From assembly GCA_963748615.1 (NCBI GenBank), contig CAVVJQ010000003.1, positions 97,082 through 161,081 of the forward strand: a stretch of 64,000 nt of DNA, written 5' to 3'. The position numbers and the translations under genes are program-made. The notes beneath the pieces were generated by a model. It was not told the DNA's origin. It searched no databases and saw only the letters and a list, made by a program, of their open reading frames with translations. The DNA is from an uncultured Thermoplasmata archaeon. Its GTDB lineage: Archaea; Thermoplasmatota; Thermoplasmata; UBA10834. Positions 18,303 through 28,770 of the stretch are shown here, in pieces; the first letter of the stretch is position 1, and every line of letters begins with the position of its first letter.

Positions 18303-18746
18303 ATGGGCTTGTTCAGACGTGATGAACCTCCGAGTCGCCTTCCTAGGAAGACACGGAGGGCAATCGACGAGATATCTAAAGCGCTCGAATCATTGAGTAG
18401 GAATGCATCGGAGGAGGATCTCGCCATTTCCGTTGATGGCCTATCACTCAAATCTGCAATGGGAGACGGCTCCAGATTGACAGCTATATCGAGATGTCAG
18501 GATGAGGACTCTATGGCTCACATCGAATGCATTGCGTCCATATGGTCATTTATGGCGAAGACACTCAGGGAAAGGAATCGTATGCAGAACAGCCTCTGGG
18601 AACTCACCCCCAGAAACCCAGATTCCTCACGATCTGATCCGCAGGATGCGGCAGAACAAGTAAGAGAGCATATGAGCGAAGCACTCATCAAGGGCCTGAC
18701 TCTTCTGGAGAACGAAATTGAATCTCATACGCGGGAAGTGCAGTAA
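18303..18746 (+). CDS. Hypothetical protein
   Basis: 147-aa helical ORF with no recognised motif. Confidence 0.55.
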   Translation: MGLFRRDEPPSRLPRKTRRAIDEISKALESLSRNASEEDLAISVDGLSLKSAMGDGSRLTAISRCQDEDSMAHIECIASIWSFMAKTLRERNRMQNSLWELTPRNPDSSRSDPQDAAEQVREHMSEALIKGLTLLENEIESHTREVQ

Positions 18747-18849
18747 CCTTTCCCGGAATATCCCCTTGAACGAAACCTGGGAAGGGCCGTCCGCAATCAC
18801 AATGATCAGGATCGATGCGAACATCGTCCACGTGGGCATATCGATTGAA

Positions 18850-19146
18850 TCAGATCCGTCTCAGATTGATTTCGTATCTTGACGTCCGGCTCAGTTCATC
18901 CATCGGTATATGCGTCCGCTCAGTCCTCGGGCCTAGGATCGTTGCTGCCAAGACAGCATAGAGGATGATAGTGAATAGCACCATGATGCATGGCTGAACT
19001 AATGGATTCTCCCACCAGGGTTGATTGAGTTCATCAGCAGACAGCCTTGCAGACGCAGTCTCCGTTCCAAACGCGAGAAAGAGCACCAGAGATGATAGCA
19101 ATACCAGCACGACAGACCTCATTATCTGTTTGTTTGAGACACTCAC
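18850..19146 (-). CDS. Small hypothetical membrane protein
   Basis: Signal-like N-terminus plus a second TM helix; GGGGA SD-like and TATA-like sequences upstream. Confidence 0.55.
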   Translation of the reverse strand: MSVSNKQIMRSVVLVLLSSLVLFLAFGTETASARLSADELNQPWWENPLVQPCIMVLFTIILYAVLAATILGPRTERTHIPMDELSRTSRYEINLRRI

Positions 19147-19322
19147 TCCAAATCCCCAATAATAAAGACAGAGATTTCGCTATATTAAAGTGATTATGAA
19201 TCCGCCAGAATCAGGTCTAAATCAAAGACCAACTGGCAAACAAGATCACGGCGCTCGCAACACAAAAGGTATATCCCAATCCACAAGTCTATGCTATTTA
19301 GCAGGAATTTGGGGATTCGTGA

Positions 19323-20192
19323 ATGAGTGCGTCACATAACGATTCGATGAAAGGAAAAGTCGTGATGGTAACCGGGGCCACCGGCGGCATAGGCAAAGAG
19401 ACTGCGAAAGGGTTGGCCTACATGGGAGCAACGGTTGTTCTCGTTAGTCGGTCGATGGAGAAGTTGGCTAGAGTCGCGAGCGAAATGAAGTCTGAGACGA
19501 AAAATGATGACATCAGCCATCTGTCCTGTGACTTGACATCCATGGATAGTGTCCGCAGGCTTGCATCCGAGTTCAGGGAGCGATACGACAGACTCGATGT
19601 ACTTATCAATAATGCAGGGGAGATAATCAACGATAGAAGGATTTCAGTCGATGGTAACGAATACACTCTGGCCCTTGACCATCTGTCACACTTCCTTCTG
19701 ACATCGCTGCTTCTGGACATCATCAGAAGGAGTGCCCCATCGAGGATAATCAACGTGAGTTCAATGGCTCATATCATGGGGCACATAGATTTCGATGACA
19801 TCATGATCGAGAAGGGATATACTCCTGGAAAGGCGTATGGACAGGCCAAGCTAGCGAACATATTATTCACATATGAACTCGCGAGGAGACTCGCAAGCAC
19901 CGGAGTAACCGTCAACTGTCTCCATCCTGGAATGGTGAGGACCAATTTCGGGAAAGACACGACAGGTGCCTGGAAGCTGTTCATCTTGCTGAGCAAGCCA
20001 TTCATGATCAGCGCCAGGAAGGGCGCCCAGACATCGATATACTTAGCATCCTCCCCCGAGGTCGTCTCGGTAACCGGGAAGTTTTTCGCTAAGAAGAGAG
20101 AGAAGAAATCCTCGAAGGAATCATATGATAAGAATACAGCGAAGAGGCTTTGGGAAATCAGCGAGGAGTTGACAGGCACGAGTCATGCATGA
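19323..20192 (+). CDS. Short-chain dehydrogenase/reductase (retinol dehydrogenase-like subfamily)
   Basis: TGATGGIG, LINNAG, NVSS, YGQAK and LHPG motifs. Confidence 0.93.
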   Translation: MSASHNDSMKGKVVMVTGATGGIGKETAKGLAYMGATVVLVSRSMEKLARVASEMKSETKNDDISHLSCDLTSMDSVRRLASEFRERYDRLDVLINNAGEIINDRRISVDGNEYTLALDHLSHFLLTSLLLDIIRRSAPSRIINVSSMAHIMGHIDFDDIMIEKGYTPGKAYGQAKLANILFTYELARRLASTGVTVNCLHPGMVRTNFGKDTTGAWKLFILLSKPFMISARKGAQTSIYLASSPEVVSVTGKFFAKKREKKSSKESYDKNTAKRLWEISEELTGTSHA

Positions 20193-20284
20193 ATGATGAT
20201 GACCCGCACAGATATAACATCGGAGATCATATCGAAGGATTGCGAGCATCAGAGGACTGAATCATATCTTGAAGGAGGGAAAAC

Positions 20285-20575
20285 ATGAAATCATCAAGAT
20301 TCCCCAACGGCCCATTCAATGGCAAGATGAGGAGACTCGTTACCAGTCTCGTGTTGCCGATAGATTCCAAGAGGAGCGGAAGCTGCAAGAATTGCGGGGC
20401 GTGTTGTGAGTTCCTTGTCAAATGCCCATTCCTTGAGTATTCTGATGACGACCCACCGAAAGCAAGGTGCAAGGCATATGCGATAAGACCTCTTCAGTGT
20501 CGCAAGTATCCAAGAACCAATGATGAGCAGATACACGAACCATGCGGGTATCACTTCGAGCAATCAGAGAGATAG
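20285..20575 (+). CDS. YkgJ-like cysteine-cluster (CxxCxxCC) protein
   Basis: CKNCGACC...CPFL...CKAYAIRPLQCRKYP. Confidence 0.8.
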   Translation: MKSSRFPNGPFNGKMRRLVTSLVLPIDSKRSGSCKNCGACCEFLVKCPFLEYSDDDPPKARCKAYAIRPLQCRKYPRTNDEQIHEPCGYHFEQSER

Positions 20576-22471
20576 CGCATCATCAGATGATGATATGCGG
20601 GACTGCTCGTCCACCGTTCGATCGATAGTTCTTAGATACCCTGCTACCAATTCGAGGCCACCAGCCGTCAACAACCGGATCAAGCTTGCCTTCTTCTTGA
20701 TTCCTCTGTTCGATGCGAACATTTTCCCCAAGATACGGATATTATCAACAATGTTCAGTTCACGATTCTCGCCGAAATCGAAATAGTTCAAATCCACATC
20801 CATATTGATAGTGTTCAGATCAGATTTTCCTGGGATGACCTGGATATACTCTACCCCGTCTCGCGTGGTTTTCATGATCCAGCTGGTAACGGCCAGTCCA
20901 TTATTCATCACTGTGAGCTGCATCGTCTGATTGCCAAGGAGCCGCAGGAACGTGCCCATGTCGATGAGGTTGTGTACACCCACATCCCTCGTGTAACGCT
21001 CCACACCATGGTCTGCGGACGCCTCTATCACCGCCAGCACATGTTTCCCGAGGTTCTTGTTCTGAAGCTGCGAGCCCATCTCAACCGAGAAACTCAGCTC
21101 ATGGAGCCTTTCAGCGATGAATTTGGCGAGCGATCTCTTGGACGCATGCCTTATCATATGCATCCGCTCCTTCTCAAGGAACGTGTCTACTGTCCAGAAT
21201 TTGGCCATACAGATGGAGGCTAGCTCTTCAATCCGTTCACTGGAGATGTACTTTAACTTGAATATCGAGTGCATCTCATCATAACGATTCCAGTCTGTCT
21301 CAAAGATCAGTCCTTGGGCATTCAAATCCTCGTAGAATCGAGTGCCTGGAAAAGGTGTTGCGATGCCGTAGGCTGTGCTCGTAAGCCCCAACATCTTGGC
21401 ATATGCGGGGAACCCCAGTATCTGGTCTTCGGTCTGGTCGGGGAGGCCGATGACGAACGTCCCGCCTGCATTCCCGCCCCATCGTTTTATGTTGTTGACC
21501 GCTTGGACATGCACGTCTGTGCTCAGGCCCTTGGATGTGGATTCGAGGTCATCCATGTGCGGACTCTCTATGCCCATCTCGAAGCCCTCTATCCCCACTG
21601 CGATCATTTTCCGAATGGTGTCAGGGTGCTTCGCCACCGAGTCGGCCCGCACCTTGACGCCGAAGCGTATGTCGAGCTCATGTGGAGCCAATAGATCGCA
21701 TAGCCGATTCACCAGCGCGGGTCTGCCCAGGAAATGAGGGTCGGTGATATCTACGCTAAGGGGCTTGTGGTTGTGGAAGGAGTCCATTTCCAAGATCTCC
21801 GCCAACACATTCTCGGGAGAGCGGAAGCGCTGATGACCATTGCTCATGGTTGGTTCGCAACAGAAAGTGCATTCACCATAACATCCTCTGGATGTCGTCA
21901 GGACGTCGTAGTCCCGACCTCGCGACGTCCTTGTACCATAAGTATATCTCCTAAGGTGCCTGGCGGGAAAAGGTAGACTATCCAGGTCCTTGATGAACGC
22001 TCTATCAGGGTTATGGATTATTTGCTCCTTCGCCTTGTACGAGACTCCCTGCACGTCTTGTGGTTCTCCTTTTTCAATCAGCTCCCGCATGGTGATTTCA
22101 CCCTCGCCACGGACTATCAGGTCCACTTGGGGCTGCAATAAGAGTTCGTCCGCGATGGCCGAGGGATGATACCCACCCAATATGGTCAAGGCACCGTGAC
22201 CCTTGGCCAACCGCGCGATTTCCAGACCTTCGCCGTGATCCGTCGCAGACATCGTTATCCCCACAAGGTCAGGGTCCAGAGCCATCAAAGACTCCTTGAA
22301 CGTCTCTTCGAAAGGCCCAGGCTCCATCTCGAGGTCCAAGACGGTCACAGTGTCTGTGACGTCCTCCACCGTGGCAGCGATGTATTCAAGCGCAGTCGGA
22401 ACCAAGTCGAATGCATAGGAAAGGCCGTGCCTGCCGGAAGGCTTGACCAGAAGAACTCTTTTGAATGACAT
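20564..22471 (-). CDS. Cobalamin-binding radical SAM protein
   Basis: N-terminal B12-binding domain (GGYHPS, VRGEGE), SRGCYGECTFC cluster motif, GIES and TPFPGT; extra C-terminal domain. Confidence 0.9.
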   Translation of the reverse strand: MSFKRVLLVKPSGRHGLSYAFDLVPTALEYIAATVEDVTDTVTVLDLEMEPGPFEETFKESLMALDPDLVGITMSATDHGEGLEIARLAKGHGALTILGGYHPSAIADELLLQPQVDLIVRGEGEITMRELIEKGEPQDVQGVSYKAKEQIIHNPDRAFIKDLDSLPFPARHLRRYTYGTRTSRGRDYDVLTTSRGCYGECTFCCEPTMSNGHQRFRSPENVLAEILEMDSFHNHKPLSVDITDPHFLGRPALVNRLCDLLAPHELDIRFGVKVRADSVAKHPDTIRKMIAVGIEGFEMGIESPHMDDLESTSKGLSTDVHVQAVNNIKRWGGNAGGTFVIGLPDQTEDQILGFPAYAKMLGLTSTAYGIATPFPGTRFYEDLNAQGLIFETDWNRYDEMHSIFKLKYISSERIEELASICMAKFWTVDTFLEKERMHMIRHASKRSLAKFIAERLHELSFSVEMGSQLQNKNLGKHVLAVIEASADHGVERYTRDVGVHNLIDMGTFLRLLGNQTMQLTVMNNGLAVTSWIMKTTRDGVEYIQVIPGKSDLNTINMDVDLNYFDFGENRELNIVDNIRILGKMFASNRGIKKKASLIRLLTAGGLELVAGYLRTIDRTVDEQSRISSSDDALSL

Positions 22472-22968
22472 GACTGAGCTTCACCTATCAGCGCTCGATA
22501 AGAGCAATTAGTATTAATAGCAAACTAAAATCACAGAATCTGGGTCGCGCTTCGATGACTCAAAAACCCTGGCACTGCCGCATCATAGCGCATTCCATCA
22601 TTATCCCATCCCACAGTCGTCCATAAGCTCAAAGATACCAAGCTGGGGGAAACAATGATGTACATATTAGACAAATGGATATACCTGGCTTTGACGGTTA
22701 CGCAGGCAGCCGATTCGCACTCGTGCGCAAATCATAGGCTGAGATTCCCCACCAATATGGTTCTAGGGGCAATGGTTATTTGCTCTGCAAGCACATGCTC
22801 TCGTGGAGCCCTCTCGGGCTCAGTGATACGATCCTTGGCTCATGTTTGCACAAACACTAGCAAGGAAGAGATGACTCCAGATCAATTCCGAAAATGATAC
22901 ATTGACCAGGGAAGCAGACTACGTCAGTGAACGACTTTACGAATTGCAGAGATCCAGAAGGTGTTGAA

Positions 22969-24132
22969 ATGCAGTACAGAGATTTTGGAAAGCTCGACTG
23001 GAAGACTTCGGCTCTAGGTTTCGGATGCATGCGTCTTCCCACCACCGATGGCAATCCCTTTGGAGGGAACATCGATGAAGGGATAGCAACCAAGATGATC
23101 CGCTTGGCCATCGATAAAGGTGTCAATTACATAGATACCGCATATCCATATCACGAAGGCAGGAGCGAGGTTTTGCTGGGCAATGTGCTCAAGGACGGAT
23201 ATAGGGAGAAAGTCAGACTCGCAACGAAATCCCCCGTATGGTTGGTCAAGGAGACTGATGATTTTGATAAATATCTGAACGAACAGCTCCAGAGGCTTCA
23301 GACAGATCATATCGACTTCTACTTACTCCATGGTCTGGGAAAGGAGAAATGGGAAGATACCGTAATCAAGCTGGGATTGCTCGATAGAGCGGAGGCTGCA
23401 ATCAAAGACGGAAGAATCAGACATCTCGGATTCTCATTCCATGACGACATCGCAGCGTTCAGAACGATAATGGATGGATATGACAAGTGGACATTCTGTC
23501 AGATACAGTACAACTACATGGACACAGAGAACCAAGCAGGCATGGAAGGGTTGCGGTACGCTGCATCAAAGGGACTCGCAGTCGTGATAATGGAACCGCT
23601 CCTGGGCGGAAAGCTAGCGAGGCCGACTATGCAGATAACTGATGTTCTGAATGAATCGAAATCAACACGGACTCCGGCAGAGTTGGCTCTTCAATGGATA
23701 TGGGATCAACCAGAGGTCTCCCTCATCCTGAGTGGCATGAGCACCATGGACCAAGTCGATGAGAACCTGAGGTCAGCGGATGCATCAGTATCGCGTCGCC
23801 TGAGCGAGGATGAGCAGAACCTAATCACGCGAATTCAGGAGAAGTATCGGCAGAATATGCTCGTCCAGTGCACCCAGTGCGGATATTGCATGCCCTGCCC
23901 GAGCGGAGTCAAGATACCGTCCAATTTCGAACTATACAATGAGGGACATATGTACAACGCCTTGGAGTCATCACGGTTCTCCTATCAGAGGTTCCTCGAA
24001 GAAGGAGGGCGTGCGAGTGCGTGCACACAATGCGGGGAATGTGTGGAGAAGTGCCCGCAGAAGATACCTATCAAGGAGCTTATGCCAAAGGTACATGCAG
24101 TGCTGGGCGAAGGTAAATCATACGAAGAATGA
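22969..24132 (+). CDS. Aldo/keto reductase with C-terminal 4Fe-4S domain
   Basis: LGFGCMRLP, YIDTAYPY, LGFSFH, MEPLLGG; CTQCGYCMPCP and CTQCGECVEKCP. Confidence 0.92.
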   Translation: MQYRDFGKLDWKTSALGFGCMRLPTTDGNPFGGNIDEGIATKMIRLAIDKGVNYIDTAYPYHEGRSEVLLGNVLKDGYREKVRLATKSPVWLVKETDDFDKYLNEQLQRLQTDHIDFYLLHGLGKEKWEDTVIKLGLLDRAEAAIKDGRIRHLGFSFHDDIAAFRTIMDGYDKWTFCQIQYNYMDTENQAGMEGLRYAASKGLAVVIMEPLLGGKLARPTMQITDVLNESKSTRTPAELALQWIWDQPEVSLILSGMSTMDQVDENLRSADASVSRRLSEDEQNLITRIQEKYRQNMLVQCTQCGYCMPCPSGVKIPSNFELYNEGHMYNALESSRFSYQRFLEEGGRASACTQCGECVEKCPQKIPIKELMPKVHAVLGEGKSYEE

Positions 24133-24150
24133 AGAATCTGGGTCAATGAA

Positions 24151-24627
24151 TCAGGAGACCGTACTTGGCATTGACCCTAATTTCTTTACTATTATTGCCG
24201 GATGACAGGTCTTGTTGCGCTCTGGGCATCCTCGACATCCATCGAGAGTCTTCAGACCTCGCTCACCCTTGCTCAGAATACGATAGCCGATCCTCCTGTA
24301 GAAATCCGGAATCCTTGCTTTTGCCCAGAGTTCGGCCATACCTCTAGACGTCGCCTCGGCCTCAATCATTGCCACGAGTGATGCCCCTATTCCTCTAAGC
24401 CTCATACTGTCATCGACAGCGACCCATTCGAGGAAATAGTTGCCTTCCTCGAATTCTAGGGCGGCACAGCCCATGAGTCGTCCTCCGACATAGTATCCGT
24501 AGGCTGCGACTATGCAATCGATCGATTTGTCCACTACATCCAGACCCGCTCTGAGTGCCATTTCCTTGACCGCGCCATAGTCATCTATCCGCCGGAACTC
24601 GGAATTATCTGATGCAACGGGATCCAT
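24151..24627 (-). CDS. GNAT-family N-acetyltransferase
   Basis: VAVDDSMRLRGIG acetyl-CoA motif and FYRRIGY; Cys-rich tail as in short ArgA-like proteins. Confidence 0.85.
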   Translation of the reverse strand: MDPVASDNSEFRRIDDYGAVKEMALRAGLDVVDKSIDCIVAAYGYYVGGRLMGCAALEFEEGNYFLEWVAVDDSMRLRGIGASLVAMIEAEATSRGMAELWAKARIPDFYRRIGYRILSKGERGLKTLDGCRGCPERNKTCHPAIIVKKLGSMPSTVS

Positions 24628-24680
24628 GAGCTCATCGCATGGATGAACTTGGCTTGAACCTTGCTATATGAGGTCTTTGA

Positions 24681-25766
24681 CTACCTTTCCTTCCAAGACA
24701 TCAACCTGCTGGCCAGTATGAAAAACACTGCCCCCATGACAACAATGATGACGAAGTTGGCCATCGCGCCCATCTCGTTCCCGAAGACCATGGTGTCCCT
24801 CAGCCCTTCGTTTAGATAGGTCAGTGGCATGACCTTCGATATCCATTGCAGGGATTCCGGCATCGACCCGAGGTCCCAGAACGATCCGGAAAGGAACATC
24901 ATCGGGAAACCAATTGCGTTTGAAATCGCCGACCCAGACTCCGGATCCTTCACAACAGTCCCCAGCAGCATGCCCAAGCTCGTGAACAGGAACGCCCCGC
25001 CTATGACCAAGACGATAGACATGGGCGTCAGAACTGCGTTCAGGTCGAAGACCATCATGGCCACGGCGAAGGTCAGTAGGAGAGAAGCTATCAACAGGAC
25101 CGAATTGAAAAGAAATTTGGATATTAGCCAATCGGATTTTCTGAGCCTGGTCGTGGCCAGGAGCTTGAAGTATCCGCGACTCCTGTACTCGGCGCATGTG
25201 GATGTCATGAAGTACATCGCCGTGATCATGACTGTGAGGCCGACGAAACCTGGCAAGAAGAAATCATACGCCGTGAGTTCGTCGGAGCCAGGATTCTGGG
25301 TAACGAATCCAATCGCGCTCTCCGAGCCAGATAGATCATAGTTCAGCTGCGAGATGACGGCCTGGAACACCCCTGCAGCTACCTGGGACGATGATTTAGA
25401 CTGGTCGATGTACAGTGTCACATCAATGTGCGTACCGGCCATGATGTCCTCGCTGAAATTGGATGGGATCAGGGTAGCGAGCGAAAGGCTGTTGTCGCTG
25501 ATGTACTCCTGGATGTCCGAGGATGTGGGTATCATGTGTATCTCGAAATAGCCCGTCGAGTTGAGAGCTTCCATCAGAGCCAAGGAATATGGACCATCAT
25601 CCATGTTCTGCACATGGAGGGTTATCCCACTCACATCGCCTCCGCTGAAGACTGCCCCGAACAGCATGATCAGCAGCAGAGGAAATATGAATGTGAAGAA
25701 CGCCCCAATCTTAGTGCGCATGTACTGCCGCCCGAAGCTGACGGCATCGGAGAGTATCCTGTTCAT
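24681..25766 (-). CDS. ABC-2 type transporter permease
   Basis: Six TM helices with an extracellular loop; PMMFLSG and PLTY motifs; overlaps the ATPase gene. Confidence 0.9.
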   Translation of the reverse strand: MNRILSDAVSFGRQYMRTKIGAFFTFIFPLLLIMLFGAVFSGGDVSGITLHVQNMDDGPYSLALMEALNSTGYFEIHMIPTSSDIQEYISDNSLSLATLIPSNFSEDIMAGTHIDVTLYIDQSKSSSQVAAGVFQAVISQLNYDLSGSESAIGFVTQNPGSDELTAYDFFLPGFVGLTVMITAMYFMTSTCAEYRSRGYFKLLATTRLRKSDWLISKFLFNSVLLIASLLLTFAVAMMVFDLNAVLTPMSIVLVIGGAFLFTSLGMLLGTVVKDPESGSAISNAIGFPMMFLSGSFWDLGSMPESLQWISKVMPLTYLNEGLRDTMVFGNEMGAMANFVIIVVMGAVFFILASRLMSWKER

Positions 25767-26701
25767 TTCTGGAGCACCCCCTCGTCCATCTTGGCGCCGA
25801 CCAGATTGAGGAATACATCCTCTAGTGTGTCTCTGCGAGTGAATATCTCCTTGATCTCAATCTCCATGGATGATAGCTTGGCGAACATGATCCGCAGCTC
25901 CGCAGGATCCGAGACGGTAACGGTCGCATCCCCATTCCTCTCCTCTGCGGAAATCCCTCGCCGGGACAGTTCGAGCATTCCATGATGTCCGATGCCTCTA
26001 AGAACGATAGAGGTCTTCTTGCCGTGCCTCGACACGAGTTCTTCGGGAGAACCCGAGACCAATATCTTGCCTCTGAACATTATAGCGACATCATCCGCCA
26101 GCTTCTCCGCTTCATCAAGATAATGGGTTGTGAGAACAACCGTGACCCCATTCTTCTTCGACCTCTCGATGAGCTCCCAAAGGTCTCGCCTGGCGCGCGG
26201 GTCGAGACCGGTCGTCGGTTCGTCCAAGAAGAGAAGCTCGGGGTCGTTCACAAGGGATAATGCAATCCCCAGCTTCCGCTTCTCACCACCCGAGAGCTTC
26301 TTCGACATCACATTCTTCCGGTCAGATAGGCCGACCTCATCCAGGAGCCGGTTCGCCTCTTTCTTGGTCTTTGGTTCCTCGAACAGATCACCCCAATACC
26401 CTACTGCTTCGAACGGAGTCAGCAGGTCGAACGGCTCGTAGTCCTGAGGCAGCACTCCAATCCTCTTTCGTATGCTCGAGTAATCCTTCAGAGCATCTAC
26501 TCCGAGGATTGTCACCTCACCAGATGTGGGGGTCCGGAGACCTTCAAGTATCTCGACGGTCGTCGTCTTCCCAGCGCCGTTAGGTCCAAGGATGGAGTGT
26601 ATCTTTCCTCTAACGATGGAGAACGATACATCATCCACGGCCTTGATGTCGGGAGGGTATCTCTTGCAGAGGTTCCGAACATCGATTACATAATCGACCA
26701 T
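25763..26701 (-). CDS. ABC transporter ATP-binding protein
   Basis: GPNGAGKTT, LSGGE, LFLDEPTTGLD and TTH motifs. Confidence 0.95.
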   Translation of the reverse strand: MVDYVIDVRNLCKRYPPDIKAVDDVSFSIVRGKIHSILGPNGAGKTTTVEILEGLRTPTSGEVTILGVDALKDYSSIRKRIGVLPQDYEPFDLLTPFEAVGYWGDLFEEPKTKKEANRLLDEVGLSDRKNVMSKKLSGGEKRKLGIALSLVNDPELLFLDEPTTGLDPRARRDLWELIERSKKNGVTVVLTTHYLDEAEKLADDVAIMFRGKILVSGSPEELVSRHGKKTSIVLRGIGHHGMLELSRRGISAEERNGDATVTVSDPAELRIMFAKLSSMEIEIKEIFTRRDTLEDVFLNLVGAKMDEGVLQK

Positions 26702-26891
26702 GCGAGTCGACCTCCCATCAACAATCGGTGCAATGTTCTTCCGCCCTAGATACTTTGTGGAATCAGACGGATATCTGGTCTAATATCCCTATCGAAGCTT
26801 CATGGCATGCCATTATTAAGAAAATGTGAGCAAGGAGTTTGAGATTCCTGAGGCAATGAATAGATTGGGCCCAAGGTCTGGACGGTCAAGC

Positions 26892-27173
26892 TCAGTTCTT
26901 ATCCAAGACTCGAATCAGGTGCCAGCCGAACTGAGTCTTGACAGGACCCACGACCTGGCCCTTCTCGCCCTCAAAGGCTGCTATCTCGAATTCTCGAACC
27001 ATCATGTTCTTGCCGAACCAGCCAAGATCTCCTCCGGATTTTCCGGAAGGGCACTGAGAATGTTTCTTAGCCATTTCTCCAAAGTTCTCTCCGCCCTTGA
27101 TCTTGTTCAGGAGTTCCTTGGCCTCGCCCTCGCTCTTCACCAGTATGTGCGCTGCGTGAACCTTGTTGACCAT
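26892..27173 (-). CDS. ppiC: Parvulin-type peptidyl-prolyl isomerase
   Basis: HILVK, HSQCPS, GGDLGWF, MVREF and VKTQFGWHLI motifs. Confidence 0.93.
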   Translation of the reverse strand: MVNKVHAAHILVKSEGEAKELLNKIKGGENFGEMAKKHSQCPSGKSGGDLGWFGKNMMVREFEIAAFEGEKGQVVGPVKTQFGWHLIRVLDKN

Positions 27174-27245
27174 ACAGCTGCATCCAGTCGTCGATATAAT
27201 AAGGTTTTCGGGGCAATGTGTACAGGTGATAACAGATGCTTGACC

Positions 27246-28676
27246 TCACATCGATCGCTTCTCGCACTCCGAAATCAGCCCATCACCTTGACGAATGACC
27301 TCTGAATCATATGCGGGGACCCTGTGCTCAGACAATAGCTTCCGAGCAATGCTACGCGCGTCCTCGACCATTGAATCGGACATGGTAGCATCCCATTCAT
27401 CCATGGCAGCATTCTTGATGGTCAGCTCGGTCTTGAAATGCTTGGCGGTATGCGGATGCGTGATGAACGTGTTCCCATGACCGACCTGGCGCACTACGTC
27501 CAATGCGATCGAATCCTCATCGACCACATGCTTTCTCATGAACCCTCGCACCTGCTCCCACAGTTTGGAGTCGATAACCGCCTGATCGAAGGATGCGCCT
27601 TTGACAGCATCCAGGCCGCCGATTCCCGAGACCAGGTCCGTGTTGCCGAGAGTGCTCAAGGCCAAGCCCATTATCTCAGTGAAAGTATGTGGCACACCGG
27701 GCTCCGGAGTGTCGTTAGCGCCCCAATCCCCGACCATGCTCGGCAATCCATATCTGCGAGCCATCTGACCTAATCCCGCCGCGATGAGACTCTGCTCGAC
27801 CGACATGTAATTCATCGATCCAGTCCTCATGTTAATTGGCGCTGACGACGAACAATAGACATGTGGCGCACCTGGAGCCGCACACTGTGTCATGACAAGG
27901 CTTGCGAGGTTCTCCGTGTTCGCGTTGCAGATGGTACCAGCATACGTGACCGGGGCAGAGCCTCCAGATAGAGACATGGACATAGCCATGACGGGAATCC
28001 CTGCCCGAGACAGCTCAAGCATGCCCTCAACAATGCCGGTCTCGTACGACAGAGGAGCGATCGAGCAACATATCACCGAGAACAGAGGTCTCTTCCTCAG
28101 AGCATCCTCGCCTCCTGCAAGAAGCGATGCCAGTGATACCTGCATGCGTGCATCCTCTGCACTGAGGATCGACACACCTGTCACATGCTTCGTGGTGTTC
28201 TGGAGAGCAGTCCACAGTTCGTGGAGGCTGTGCGACACTGGCGACACTTCAGTGGCTGTGAGGGTGGTCCATACGTAATCGACACCCTGGAGCGCATCGG
28301 CCAGTCTTATGATGTCCGCGATATCCTTCCGAGTCGAGGGCTTCTTCTCACCAGTATCCATGTCCCGGAGATATACACCGAGGCCGGTTGTGGCGGCGAA
28401 TGGAGGACCTTCGACGGGGATATCCATGTCGTGCTTCGGATCTCTGGCACACATCCGGAATCGCTTAGGCGCCCTTCTAAGCGCCTCCTTTACGAGATCT
28501 TCCGACAATCTGGCAATCATCTTGGAACGGTCCACCTGGGCACCATTTCCTTCGAGGAGGTCGAGCACGTGGTTACTGGGAACGTGTATCCCGATCTCCG
28601 CCAAACATCTCAGGCTCTGTTCGTGCACTATCTCTATCTCGTCTTTGCTAAGACTAACAAAACGTCCCACGGCCAT
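27246..28676 (-). CDS. Trimethylamine methyltransferase (MttB/MtgB) superfamily protein, non-pyrrolysine
   Basis: IVHEQSLRCLAEIGI, APVTYAG, NTENLA, ARRYGLP and VGHGNTF motifs; no internal amber codon. Confidence 0.88.
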   Translation of the reverse strand: MAVGRFVSLSKDEIEIVHEQSLRCLAEIGIHVPSNHVLDLLEGNGAQVDRSKMIARLSEDLVKEALRRAPKRFRMCARDPKHDMDIPVEGPPFAATTGLGVYLRDMDTGEKKPSTRKDIADIIRLADALQGVDYVWTTLTATEVSPVSHSLHELWTALQNTTKHVTGVSILSAEDARMQVSLASLLAGGEDALRKRPLFSVICCSIAPLSYETGIVEGMLELSRAGIPVMAMSMSLSGGSAPVTYAGTICNANTENLASLVMTQCAAPGAPHVYCSSSAPINMRTGSMNYMSVEQSLIAAGLGQMARRYGLPSMVGDWGANDTPEPGVPHTFTEIMGLALSTLGNTDLVSGIGGLDAVKGASFDQAVIDSKLWEQVRGFMRKHVVDEDSIALDVVRQVGHGNTFITHPHTAKHFKTELTIKNAAMDEWDATMSDSMVEDARSIARKLLSEHRVPAYDSEVIRQGDGLISECEKRSM

Positions 28677-28770
28677 TCCTGCTCAACCCCCCGGCCGCCG
28701 CCCTCACCAGGATATCGCAGCGAGCCAATTCAGAATCATGGAGCAAATAGTTAATCTCTGGTGCGAAGAT

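Noticed and set aside
27246-28676. Pyrrolysine-containing MttB
   Set aside because: The ORF is full length with no in-frame TAG.
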